Virus record (IMG/VR): IMGVR_UViG_3300034137_000009
Span: 1-62,985 of that record
Reading direction: 5' to 3' (one strand)
Length of the DNA stretch: 62,985 nt
From: a virus
Taxonomy: Duplodnaviria > Caudoviricetes
A model generated the notes under the pieces. The model saw only the letters and a list, made by a program, of their open reading frames with translations, was not told where the DNA came from and ran no database searches. Shown here one piece after another: positions 16,649 to 25,239 of the stretch; the first letter of the stretch is position 1, and each line of letters starts with the position of its first letter. The position numbers were made by a program, and so were the translations under genes.

Positions 16649-17194
16649 ATGCAGACGTTCCTGCCTTACCCCGACTACACCGAGTCAGCGAAGGCGCTAG
16701 ATAGCCTGCGGCTCGGCAAGCAGCGCGTCGAAGTGCTGCAGATGCTCAACGTGCTCCACGAGGTGTCGCCCTCGAACGCCTGGTCCAACCACCCCGCCGT
16801 CCGCATGTGGCGCGGCTACGAGCTGCAGCTCGCCGAGTACGGCATGGTCGTCACCGACGAGTGGATCGCACGCGGCAACGCGGACACATGCATGGCGAAG
16901 CTGCAGCAGCACGTCGAGTGGGCCGAGTCCGGCGAGATGCTCAAGCCCGACTGGTTCGGCGACCCCGCGCTTCACGACTCCCACAAGTCCAACCTGCTTC
17001 GCAAGGCCAACCAGTACCTGCTCATCCACACCGACGAGCCTCACGATGAGCACTGGGCGGGCAAGCGCAAGTGTCCCGGCGACGGGTGTCATAAGCCGCA
17101 CAACAAGTGTGAGCCGCTCAGGTACGTCGAGTGGTACCACCCCCTCTTTCCCGGCGTCCCCGACGACCTTTCGTACATCTGGCCGGTCCCGTGA
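16649..17194 (+). CDS. pyrimidine-dimer DNA glycosylase/endonuclease V-like (MSMEG_6728-type) protein
   Basis: MQTFLPYPD...LD..RLGKQRVE, W.NHPAVRMWRGY, HDSHKSNLLRK, Y.WP. Confidence 0.85.
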   Translation: MQTFLPYPDYTESAKALDSLRLGKQRVEVLQMLNVLHEVSPSNAWSNHPAVRMWRGYELQLAEYGMVVTDEWIARGNADTCMAKLQQHVEWAESGEMLKPDWFGDPALHDSHKSNLLRKANQYLLIHTDEPHDEHWAGKRKCPGDGCHKPHNKCEPLRYVEWYHPLFPGVPDDLSYIWPVP

Positions 17195-17379
17195 GCATAG
17201 AGGATGCACTCACCCTGTTCATCCGCATCCTGAGTTGTTTGATGCTGATTATGGGACTAGTCTACCTTGTCTACGGCACACTCAACTCAAAGCTGGGGTT
17301 CATCGCACTAGGCGCTATAAACGTCACCTTCGCCTTCATCTCCCTGCTGGTTGAGCTGAGCCGCAACAATGGGGACTAA
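17191..17379 (+). CDS. small two-TM membrane protein
   Basis: Two hydrophobic helices; GTGA coupling. Confidence 0.6.
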   Translation: MSIEDALTLFIRILSCLMLIMGLVYLVYGTLNSKLGFIALGAINVTFAFISLLVELSRNNGD

Positions 17380-17785
17380 GCGTGTAGACCAGTGCATCAT
17401 CTGCTACCCCGATGAGTGCGTATGCTTCGCGCCTAAGGCGAAGGCCAAGAAGACATCCGCCCCTAAGGCACCCCCGACCGAGAAGCCGGTAGCACAGCCC
17501 GCACCTGTGGCTGCGACCCCTTCTCGGTCGGGGGCAGCACGTGCTGCCATGAAGGCGGCAGTTACCAAGAATGCGGCCAAGAAACACGAGGATAAGTTCA
17601 CCCCCCCGAGGGAGCCTAAGCCACTCCCGGCCAACGCCGAGGAGGTGCTACTCCAATCGGCACTGCGCGCACTCGCGCCGATCATGGCGTACTCCGAACG
17701 TGAGCGTTACAAGATGATCGTCGACTCAACTCCGACGGTTGCGGATCGTACAACGACCTGGAGGATTCGCCATGGACAAGACTGA
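17369..17785 (+). CDS. hypothetical protein
   Basis: N-terminal CIIC..CVC, K/A/P-rich middle. Confidence 0.65.
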   Translation: MGTKRVDQCIICYPDECVCFAPKAKAKKTSAPKAPPTEKPVAQPAPVAATPSRSGAARAAMKAAVTKNAAKKHEDKFTPPREPKPLPANAEEVLLQSALRALAPIMAYSERERYKMIVDSTPTVADRTTTWRIRHGQD

Positions 17786-17933
17786 AATTGAAGCGTTGCT
17801 TGAAGTCATCGAGTACGACAGCAAGAACACCAGCGAGATGTGGTACGAGACGGACTACTGGTGGACCTTCGAGTCCAAGACGGCGCTGCAAAGCGCGATC
17901 ACCCTCGGTCGGGCTCGTGAGGTACTGGGGTGA
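17772..17933 (+). CDS. small hypothetical protein
   Basis: GGAGG RBS. Confidence 0.55.
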   Translation: MDKTEIEALLEVIEYDSKNTSEMWYETDYWWTFESKTALQSAITLGRAREVLG

Positions 17934-18241
17934 GCCCCGAGTTCTGGTATGCGGCCCGTACCCGTGCCGGAGGCTGGGCACATTCCCTCTATCGGGGGAT
18001 GAACACCTCCAACACGTTCGATAGAGCACAGTGGTTCGACGCCGCTATGCAGCGCGAGCAGGCCCGTCCCCCCATGCGTGAGCGCTTCGGCCCAAAGCCG
18101 TGGGAACGTGACTGGGTGATTCGCTACCTCAACAAGAAGAACTACTACCGCATGTACAGACTCCGCCGTGACATGCGCTGGCTCCGCAAGCAGCTCCGCA
18201 AGCTCGGCATCGACCCCAAGGACGCGGGAGGCTACATCTGA
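17930..18241 (+). CDS. basic hypothetical protein
   Basis: Coupled to both neighbours. Confidence 0.6.
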   Translation: MSPEFWYAARTRAGGWAHSLYRGMNTSNTFDRAQWFDAAMQREQARPPMRERFGPKPWERDWVIRYLNKKNYYRMYRLRRDMRWLRKQLRKLGIDPKDAGGYI

Positions 18242-18873
18242 TGGGCTACGTCGAGTTTGAGGAAGAGGAAATCGAGCACGATGGTGTAGACGGTGACGGT
18301 CGACCATTCGCAAGGACCCGCACCGTGCGTCTCGGCTTCACCCGCACCTGGATGCCACAGTGTAGCGTCCACCCCGGTGACGACTGGTGTTCGCACATCG
18401 AGGAGTGGATCAAGGATGGCGACGATGCTAGTCTGTTCTGGGACGACGTTGCCCCCATCGACATGACCGGTGTACCAATCCCGGTCCCTGTGATCCCGAC
18501 CGCCGACCAGTGGGTCAATGTGAGGTTCGGTGAGTTTAACTCCGCCGTTCGTGCCTACCCCATCGAGCTCTATACCGAGATCATGTCGGCCGACCAGCCC
18601 GGTATCTTTCTCGGGTTCATCGGCCTCGGTGAGGGTCGGCTCGTCATGCGCCAGATGGTGTGGCAGTGGTTCCAGGGTTATCTGGCTACCGTTCCGAAGA
18701 TTGTGTGCAGTGATCGCAAGCACGGCTTCAAGGAACAACTCGTCTGGGAGAAGGCAATGAATGATCCCAAGCGGAACCTGGAGGAGGCGTTCTGCGTGAC
18801 TAACAAGGGCTCCTGCATGGCCTGCTCGGCCCGCAAGGAAGCCGACACGTTCGACGATCTGGTGCCGTTCTGA
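18241..18873 (+). CDS. hypothetical protein with SWIM-like and C-terminal Cys motifs
   Basis: CSVH...CSH, C...H...CMAC; GGAGG RBS. Confidence 0.7.
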   Translation: MGYVEFEEEEIEHDGVDGDGRPFARTRTVRLGFTRTWMPQCSVHPGDDWCSHIEEWIKDGDDASLFWDDVAPIDMTGVPIPVPVIPTADQWVNVRFGEFNSAVRAYPIELYTEIMSADQPGIFLGFIGLGEGRLVMRQMVWQWFQGYLATVPKIVCSDRKHGFKEQLVWEKAMNDPKRNLEEAFCVTNKGSCMACSARKEADTFDDLVPF

Positions 18874-19106
18874 TGCCGCTTCAACCCGACTACAGGTGTA
18901 CAGGCTGCCAGGCCAAGACGAAGCGTGATGATCTCACCGTGAAAAAGTCGGTGTTCCTAGAGATGGGGGCCGGAGGCAAGACTATTCGATCCCGCGTCAC
19001 CGGCTGGTTGTGCCCGTCTTGCGTCGTGATCGACGAGGACTGGAATCGTGAGCGACACGCGGCACCCGGCAACGCCCTCCCCGAGATGAGGCCTCTCAGT
19101 GGCTAG
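18873..19106 (+). CDS. C4 zinc-ribbon protein
   Basis: CTGC...CPSC; TGATG coupling. Confidence 0.65.
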   Translation: MPLQPDYRCTGCQAKTKRDDLTVKKSVFLEMGAGGKTIRSRVTGWLCPSCVVIDEDWNRERHAAPGNALPEMRPLSG

Positions 19107-19659
19107 AGGTGGCGCGTACAAGCCCGGCACCCGTGAGAAGTACACCGACTCGGGAAAGATGTCGGAGAACCGCTACGCCTGGGTTCGCACGATCCTAGGA
19201 CAGATGGTGCTCTACCGTCACGTTGAGGAGCCGCTCGCCAACGAGCCGACAGTTGGCGACACACTCCAGCTCATGATGCCCCGCCCCGGTGGCCGGGCTA
19301 TCAGCATGAACTTTTCCGCACTAACCCTGGCGGAGCTGGAAGCAATACGCGAGTTCTTCAACCTCCTATTCGATCTGGCTACCCCGGTAGTCAAGGCTAG
19401 AGACAAGGTGGCACAGGATGCGTTTGACGCAGGGGATGACTCTTACGCCCGAATCTATCGACAGGTTCCGCAGCTCATTATCCGCAAGGGGCCGGTCGGA
19501 CAACACCGTCAGGGCGTACACGACGGACCTGAGGATGCTGCTGCGGGAGACGAACATGACGGAGATCTCGATGGAGGACTTCGAGGACGTAGCGCTGGAG
19601 TGGCTCCAGTCGAAGAGGAAGACCCTGGCACCGAAGTCGACGGGTCGGAGGCTGACTAG
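19099..19659 (+). CDS. hypothetical protein (3' part overlaps the recombinase)
   Basis: Coupled start; acidic tail encoded in the -1 frame of the recombinase. Confidence 0.6.
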   Translation: MARGGAYKPGTREKYTDSGKMSENRYAWVRTILGQMVLYRHVEEPLANEPTVGDTLQLMMPRPGGRAISMNFSALTLAELEAIREFFNLLFDLATPVVKARDKVAQDAFDAGDDSYARIYRQVPQLIIRKGPVGQHRQGVHDGPEDAAAGDEHDGDLDGGLRGRSAGVAPVEEEDPGTEVDGSEAD

Positions 19660-20251
19660 CCTTAAGGCCTTCGTCAAGTGGGCCAAGTGGCCTAGCGACA
19701 TGCTCGATGAGTACTCCGCGCCCACCCCAGCCAAGGGCATCCCGCACCCCCTGCCCGAGGGCTTCGACGGAGTCACCCGCATGGTGAACGCGGCCAACAA
19801 CGAGCGGCAGCAGGCGCTCATCACCCTCTGCGGTATGCTCGGGTGTCGCGTCGCCGAGGCGCTCGCTGTTAAGGCTAGCGACTTCGACCTCAACAACATG
19901 ACACTGTCGATCCGCGGCAAGGGCGACAAGACGCGCATCGTACCTATCTCCCCCCGTGCATGGGAGATCCTCTCCCTGCCTGTCACCCGTGCCTATGTGG
20001 CCGGGGACGGAGAGGTCGTCGGACTGCGCGACCGCTTCGCCCGGCGCGTGATCACCGATCTCGGTATCCGCGCTGGACTGCAGCGTCGTGTGTCGAGTCA
20101 TGACCTGCGTGCCACGTTCGGCAGCGCGGTCTACAACAAGACACTCGACCTCCGTGTCACGCAGGAGTTGCTCGGTCACGCGTCGTCTGCTACGACCGAG
20201 CTCTACACCGGCATCAGCATGGACAAAATGCGAGGGGCGGTGGAGCTGTGA
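19436..20251 (+). CDS. tyrosine recombinase (XerC/D-like, no arm-binding domain)
   Basis: Catalytic R (GCRVAE), K (RGKGDK), HxxR (HDLR), H (LLGH), Y (TELY); alternative start 19418. Confidence 0.92.
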   Translation: MTLTPESIDRFRSSLSARGRSDNTVRAYTTDLRMLLRETNMTEISMEDFEDVALEWLQSKRKTLAPKSTGRRLTSLKAFVKWAKWPSDMLDEYSAPTPAKGIPHPLPEGFDGVTRMVNAANNERQQALITLCGMLGCRVAEALAVKASDFDLNNMTLSIRGKGDKTRIVPISPRAWEILSLPVTRAYVAGDGEVVGLRDRFARRVITDLGIRAGLQRRVSSHDLRATFGSAVYNKTLDLRVTQELLGHASSATTELYTGISMDKMRGAVEL

Positions 20252-20300
20252 TGATGGTCCCGTCCAGCGTGCCCGTACCGGGCATTACCCCCGGTATCTA

Positions 20301-20480
20301 ATGAGCCGTCGCTACACCTGCTCACAGTGTCTTAAGGATATCAAGCTGCTAGAGGACGCGATCCTCAAGGAGGACATCGACCGCACTACCAAGCGCCCCC
20401 ACTGGCGTGTACGCTGGTTCGACAACGGAGCCTGCGTTGATCTGTTTTACAAGAAGCGACCGCACGTGGAGGTTCGATGA
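20301..20480 (+). CDS. small zinc-binding protein
   Basis: CSQC...C; overlaps next start. Confidence 0.5.
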   Translation: MSRRYTCSQCLKDIKLLEDAILKEDIDRTTKRPHWRVRWFDNGACVDLFYKKRPHVEVR

Positions 20481-20707
20481 AAGAGCTGCTGCTCCGCTTG
20501 ATCGACGCGATCCGTGAGCCCAAGGATCGCGCCTGGCTGAATGGGTACAACACCGCCCACGAAGAGGCCGACGAGTTTATCCAGGGCAAGGAGACTTGGA
20601 TCGTACAGTGCGAGGGTGTGCTGCAGGAGTTCTTCGAGGCTGCTACACCCGAGGTGTGGGAGAAGTTGTCGCCCGATGCTCGTGAGTTCATGAGGACGTG
20701 GGCGTAA
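20477..20707 (+). CDS. hypothetical protein
   Basis: GGAGG RBS, coupling. Confidence 0.65.
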   Translation: MKELLLRLIDAIREPKDRAWLNGYNTAHEEADEFIQGKETWIVQCEGVLQEFFEAATPEVWEKLSPDAREFMRTWA

Positions 20708-21411
20708 TGGCCGACACCAGGCGCAAGATCACAAGCGGGTTCTGCTCTATCGGTCACTGCGAGGGAACCAAGCCTACCGGGTCGATCAGCGGCACCCCGA
20801 TGAAGACGTGCGAGTGGACCTCCGCCGCGTGTTCGTGCAAGTGTCATGCGGACCTCGATGAGATGTTCCGCATGATGGACATGGAGCGAGTGTCACAGCT
20901 CAATCCGGACTACCGCGAGCCCGAAGAGCTCGAGAAGCTGCGTGCAACCCTGGCCGCGATCCGGGACCAGCGTGCTACCTTTACCCGTCCGGATGCACCG
21001 CCCCCCGTGATCATCGAGAGCCCCGCCCCCGACGTGGTACCCGCCACCGTGCAGCGGTCGTTCGCGGCCACAGCCACCGGTCGGGCCGCCCGTGGGCAGC
21101 TGGAGTCGCAGGTGAAAGAGGCCTGCGACCTGTGGGCGATCACCGGCTCAACCAAGCCATGCACCCCCGGCTGGATTAGCGAGTACATTCAGACCCGATG
21201 GGAGCTGGCTAAGCCGCCGAGTCAGGGGGCTATCAACAGCGTGCTCGAGCGCTGGACCGCCATCGACTTCGCGGTCACGGCGAAGAAGCCCACTCGCTTC
21301 GTCTCCTACACCGAGAACGGTCTGAAGTACGGACTCGAAACACAGAAGGTACGTGCCAAGACGGCGCAGCGTATGGGTACGGCTGCGATGATGAGAGAGG
21401 GTCGGAGATGA
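20707..21411 (+). CDS. zinc-finger plus putative winged-helix DNA-binding protein
   Basis: N-terminal C..H.C...C..CSCKCH; C-terminal RGQLE...PPSQGAI..VLERW...KKPTRF. Confidence 0.75.
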   Translation: MADTRRKITSGFCSIGHCEGTKPTGSISGTPMKTCEWTSAACSCKCHADLDEMFRMMDMERVSQLNPDYREPEELEKLRATLAAIRDQRATFTRPDAPPPVIIESPAPDVVPATVQRSFAATATGRAARGQLESQVKEACDLWAITGSTKPCTPGWISEYIQTRWELAKPPSQGAINSVLERWTAIDFAVTAKKPTRFVSYTENGLKYGLETQKVRAKTAQRMGTAAMMREGRR

Positions 21412-21602
21412 CCGATAGTTCTACATCGGTGACACCTCATAGGGCTGCTTCCGACGCACCGTGCGATCCGTCGTGCGAGGAGGCCGACACCACGGCTGAC
21501 CTGTGCGAGCTGCACCAGGCCGAGTACCGAGAGTGGCTGCGGCAGAAGCGCCAGAAAACCGACTATGATGCATCCGCCCCAACACTATCGGAGGACAGGT
21601 AA
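21408..21602 (+). CDS. small hypothetical protein
   Basis: CDPSC..CELH; ATGA coupling. Confidence 0.5.
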   Translation: MTDSSTSVTPHRAASDAPCDPSCEEADTTADLCELHQAEYREWLRQKRQKTDYDASAPTLSEDR

Positions 21603-21603
21603 C

Positions 21604-21828
21604 GTGTGCGGCTTCAGTGCAAAGGGTCCGTGGTGTGTCGTCGTTGACGGCGTACCTTACGGTGCCTACACCGAGAACCAGGCTCGCCTCGTTGCGGGCA
21701 TCATCAAGCAGCACCACAACGCCAAGCAGGTGATGTACTTCAAGATGCTCAAGTTCGACGACGCGGCCGAGGACTACTCGGACGCAATCCTCATGGCTCT
21801 CCGTCCCCTTGACAAGGGCGACGGGTAG
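21604..21828 (+). CDS. hypothetical protein
   Basis: GGAGG upstream, codon bias. Confidence 0.55.
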   Translation: MCGFSAKGPWCVVVDGVPYGAYTENQARLVAGIIKQHHNAKQVMYFKMLKFDDAAEDYSDAILMALRPLDKGDG

Positions 21829-21838
21829 CATGTACCCT
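21809..21838 (+). promoter_or_regulatory. SigA-like promoter
   Basis: TTGACA-N18-TACCCT. Confidence 0.6.
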
Positions 21839-21918
21839 CATGCTGCGTCTCCAGACATGTCGGGTCGGGGTGTCGCAGGGCGGGGAGTCGCGGTCACCAT
21901 CGCGGCTCCCCGTTCCAC

Positions 21919-22230
21919 GTGACCGGTAAGCGCGGCGAGGGTTCCGCGCTCCCCCCGGCACGCCCCCAGGTTGGACTGCCCCCTCGGCCGTTCCTCTACA
22001 CGGTCGATCAGTTGTCGGTCATGCTGGACGTGTCTGAGTCAACGATCCTCAAGGGCTATCTGTACTTCGAGGGCCGTTCCATCGGCTCCCGCATGGCCGG
22101 GCTCATGACCGCTCGCAACATCGCACCGGCGAACGAGAAACCGGATTGGCGGGTTGCCGAGCGGGAGTTCATCAGGTGGATGAAGGTGAAGGGCTTCCGG
22201 CACTACGAAAGGTCGGCGTTCACAAACTAA
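21919..22230 (+). CDS. excisionase/MerR-like HTH DNA-binding protein
   Basis: LYTVDQLSVMLDVSESTI...WRVAEREFIRWM. Confidence 0.7.
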   Translation: MTGKRGEGSALPPARPQVGLPPRPFLYTVDQLSVMLDVSESTILKGYLYFEGRSIGSRMAGLMTARNIAPANEKPDWRVAEREFIRWMKVKGFRHYERSAFTN

Positions 22231-22595
22231 TGGTTGGCGTACCGAGATCTGAAGAGAGCGATCAGCCTTTACGAACTGAGTGGCAGGACTGCAATCCACC
22301 TCAGGACCCTATCGAGCATGACTCGCTATCATGGACGTTCGCATCTGCGGCAGAAATCATGCGCGATCTGGACAACGCTCGCGGGCGTGGTTTGTCGTAC
22401 CATTCATCTGGTACTGCGGTCGACTACTTCGGTGGCATACCAGTAGTCAGGTTCGAGTGGCGTGACGAGGCGGTCGAAAAGCCCGTCGAACGATGCTGCA
22501 AGGCCGGTACCGAGGCATACCCGAAGCCGTGTCCCTGGCATACCAAGAACCACGGGGGTGGACCGCGTGACCGTCACGGTAAGCCCAAGTTCTGA
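22230..22595 (+). CDS. hypothetical protein
   Basis: TAATG coupling; C-terminal CC...CPWH. Confidence 0.5.
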   Translation: MVGVPRSEESDQPLRTEWQDCNPPQDPIEHDSLSWTFASAAEIMRDLDNARGRGLSYHSSGTAVDYFGGIPVVRFEWRDEAVEKPVERCCKAGTEAYPKPCPWHTKNHGGGPRDRHGKPKF

Positions 22596-22645
22596 CACCG
22601 ATAGTGCAGGTTGCCATGTGGGATTGGCGGGGGTAGGGTTGGCAC

Positions 22646-23092
22646 GTGTCCGCTAAAGCTCTGAAGTACGCCGAGGAGACGCTCCGCGTCCACGCCGTCC
22701 ACAACGAGGCGCTCGCCGCCCGTGCAACACTGGAAGAGACGCTCGACGAACTGAAGACGGTACGCGACAAGCGACGGGACCTCGAGTTCCGCATTGCTGA
22801 CTGCGAGCAGGAGGTGGCCTCCGACGAGCGCGGCCGCCACCCCGACATGAGCGCGACAGCCATGGAAAAGCACCTCAAGGCCGCGCTCTACAAGACCGAC
22901 AGCTGGCGTAACCTGCGCGAGCAACTGTCGAAGGTGATCGGGGACATCGAGGGGCTGGAGCACGACAAGCACCTCGCCGACACCGACATCAAGATCGCAA
23001 TATCCCGCATGGGAGAGCTGGGTGGATACCTGTCCTACCTGGCGGAGGTCAAGCGTGCGGCAAACACACGAGAAGCCGGAGCAAGCGAATGA
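22646..23092 (+). CDS. coiled-coil hypothetical protein
   Basis: Heptad-rich; coupled to the SSB-like gene. Confidence 0.75.
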   Translation: MSAKALKYAEETLRVHAVHNEALAARATLEETLDELKTVRDKRRDLEFRIADCEQEVASDERGRHPDMSATAMEKHLKAALYKTDSWRNLREQLSKVIGDIEGLEHDKHLADTDIKIAISRMGELGGYLSYLAEVKRAANTREAGASE

Positions 23093-24066
23093 CCGTGGAC
23101 ACCACCGGCGGCGGAGCCGTCGTGCCTTACGACCCCGACATGTACGGGGACGTGGGCCTCGAGGACGTGGGTGCGGCTGACGTCGTTATCCCCCGCCTGT
23201 CGATCAACCACCTCGACGGCACCTTCAAGGACAACCTCAGCAAGGCGGAGTACCCGAAGCTCAAGGTGATCCTGCTGGGGCTCGTCAAGCAGCGGATCAT
23301 GTGGAAGTCCGAGGTTGAGGACGGCGACAAGCCGCTCTGCAAGTCCCCCGACTTCGAGCACGGCTTCCCGAACGTCCGCGCCGATGCGACGCCGGACAAG
23401 CGCTTCCCGTGGGACGAGTCCAACTTCAACCACGCGGACTTCCCGCCGGAGAAGGGCATCAACGACCTCACGACGCTCCCCTGCAACAACTGCGTCTTCA
23501 AGGAGTGGGGTACGGACAAGAACGGCAAGTCCACCCCGCCGCCCTGCACCGAGCAGCACACCTACCCGCTGCTGTTCTCGTCCGACGACGGTGAGTCCTA
23601 CAGCCCGGCGCTCCTGTCGCTGCAGCGCACCGGCATCAAGCCGAGCCGGCAGTACATCAGTAGCTTCGCGCAGAGCAAGACCCCGATGTTCACCGTCTTC
23701 ACGGAGCTGTCGCTGACCCAGCAGTCCCGTGGCACGGTGCGCTACGCGGTGCCGAACCTCCGCCGCCAGGAGGCCACCGACCGCGAGATGTGGCGCGAGT
23801 ACGCGGACCAGTACCGGACCATCCGCGACTTCGTCCGTGCAGCCCCGCGCAAGCGTGACGAGGAAGGTGACGACACGGCTGTGGTCGTGCCGACTCCGAA
23901 CGTGAACACGGGTCCTACTGCGGCTGCCACTGCCCCTGCGGCACCGGCGGCATCTTCCGCCCCTGCGTCGACACCTGCCTCTGCGCCTGCCCCGAGTGCC
24001 CCGGTGCCGACCCCGGCAGCCCCGGTGTCCGTGACGACTGGTGACGACGAGGACCTGCCGTTCTGA
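23089..24066 (+). CDS. putative ssDNA-binding/annealing protein
   Basis: IPRL motif, Cys cluster (LCKS, CNNC, PPC), P/A linker, SSB-like tail DDEDLPF. Confidence 0.7.
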   Translation: MTVDTTGGGAVVPYDPDMYGDVGLEDVGAADVVIPRLSINHLDGTFKDNLSKAEYPKLKVILLGLVKQRIMWKSEVEDGDKPLCKSPDFEHGFPNVRADATPDKRFPWDESNFNHADFPPEKGINDLTTLPCNNCVFKEWGTDKNGKSTPPPCTEQHTYPLLFSSDDGESYSPALLSLQRTGIKPSRQYISSFAQSKTPMFTVFTELSLTQQSRGTVRYAVPNLRRQEATDREMWREYADQYRTIRDFVRAAPRKRDEEGDDTAVVVPTPNVNTGPTAAATAPAAPAASSAPASTPASAPAPSAPVPTPAAPVSVTTGDDEDLPF

Positions 24067-24075
24067 TGTAGGTAG

Positions 24076-24118
24076 TTGACAACGGGGGGCAGTCAGAGTT
24101 AGGCTGCCCCCCGTTGTC
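24076..24118 (+). promoter_or_regulatory. SigA-like promoter embedded in a 15-bp inverted repeat
   Basis: TTGACA-N18-TAGGCT overlapping GACAACGGGGGGCAG / CTGCCCCCCGTTGTC. Confidence 0.65.
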
Positions 24119-24142
24119 GCACCCCGACCCGAAGGACAGGTT

Positions 24143-25030
24143 GTGCCCGAACTCCTCACGCAGAACTCCGAGCTCAGACCGCTCGGCATCTTCAACTGGA
24201 CGATCCCCGCGTTCGTCGTTCAGCTCAGCAACGGCAAGCACATGAACGTCTGCCCGAACGCAGGCGTCTGCGCATCGGTCTGCTACGCCCGCAACGGGAC
24301 GTACAACTTCCCCTCGGTCAAGCAGGCCCACACCACCAAGCTCGAGTGGTACCTCAACGACCCCGAGGACCTGGAGCGGCGCATGATCACCGAGATCAAC
24401 GGGCGTCAGCGCTACCGAGGCGGCAAGTGGGTTCGCATCCACGACAGCGGAGACTTTTTCTCCGAGCCATACCTGCTCATGTGGCTGCGGATCGCCAAGG
24501 CGTGCCCCGACGTGACCTTCTACTGCTACACCAAGGAGGTCGCCATGTTCCGCCGCGTGGTCGAGCGTGGTGTCGAGGTTCGCAAGACCCCGGAGGGCAG
24601 GTTCATCGCCGAGACTCCGGACGGAAAGCAGTTCATCTCGGATCACCCCGAGATCTCCCGCCGTGTCGCCGTCGAGAGCATCGACCCCGACGCCATGCCG
24701 CGCAACTTCAAGTACATCTTCTCGATGGGCGGCAAGCAGGACGACATGCTCGACAAGGAGGTCGACCGTCACGCCGAGATCTTCTCCACGTTCAAGAAGC
24801 TGTGGGAAGCGGGGTACGACGACCAGGAGGACGACGACCGTCAGTGCGTCACGAACTCCAACATCAAGGTCGGGATCGTTGAGAACAACATTCCGGCCTT
24901 CAAGAAGAAGCTCGGCGGCAAGACCTTCGGTGAGCTGCAGCACGAGCGCGACGCCGCCCGCTTCGACAAGATCGAGCGTCGTCGTCTAGAGCGTCTCGCG
25001 GCGGACCCCGAGACAGCCGCTACGGTCTAG
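24143..25030 (+). CDS. gp88-like protein (mycobacteriophage gene 88 family)
   Basis: LLTQNS, CPNAGVCASVCYA, VRIHDSGDFFS, FYCYTK motifs. Confidence 0.8.
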   Translation: MPELLTQNSELRPLGIFNWTIPAFVVQLSNGKHMNVCPNAGVCASVCYARNGTYNFPSVKQAHTTKLEWYLNDPEDLERRMITEINGRQRYRGGKWVRIHDSGDFFSEPYLLMWLRIAKACPDVTFYCYTKEVAMFRRVVERGVEVRKTPEGRFIAETPDGKQFISDHPEISRRVAVESIDPDAMPRNFKYIFSMGGKQDDMLDKEVDRHAEIFSTFKKLWEAGYDDQEDDDRQCVTNSNIKVGIVENNIPAFKKKLGGKTFGELQHERDAARFDKIERRRLERLAADPETAATV

Positions 25031-25239
25031 GCGGCCGGGATAATGCCTCGTGCGCCGCCGCGAGCACCATAGTTGAGTACATTCTAGCACGCCATTGTTG
25101 ATCCATCCCCGGCCAGACACTAGTCTGTTGTACCGGGCGAAGTCCCCCAGACGCACAACCCACGGTGGCCCCCCAAGGTTACACATGCCAACAGGGGGCC
25201 ACTGTGGTGTCCGACCCGACCCGACACTAGGAGTACAGA

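Noticed and set aside
22234-22446. Alternative 70-aa ORF overlapping 22230-22595
   Set aside because: TTG start without RBS; the 22230 frame is coupled to the upstream stop and fills the gap
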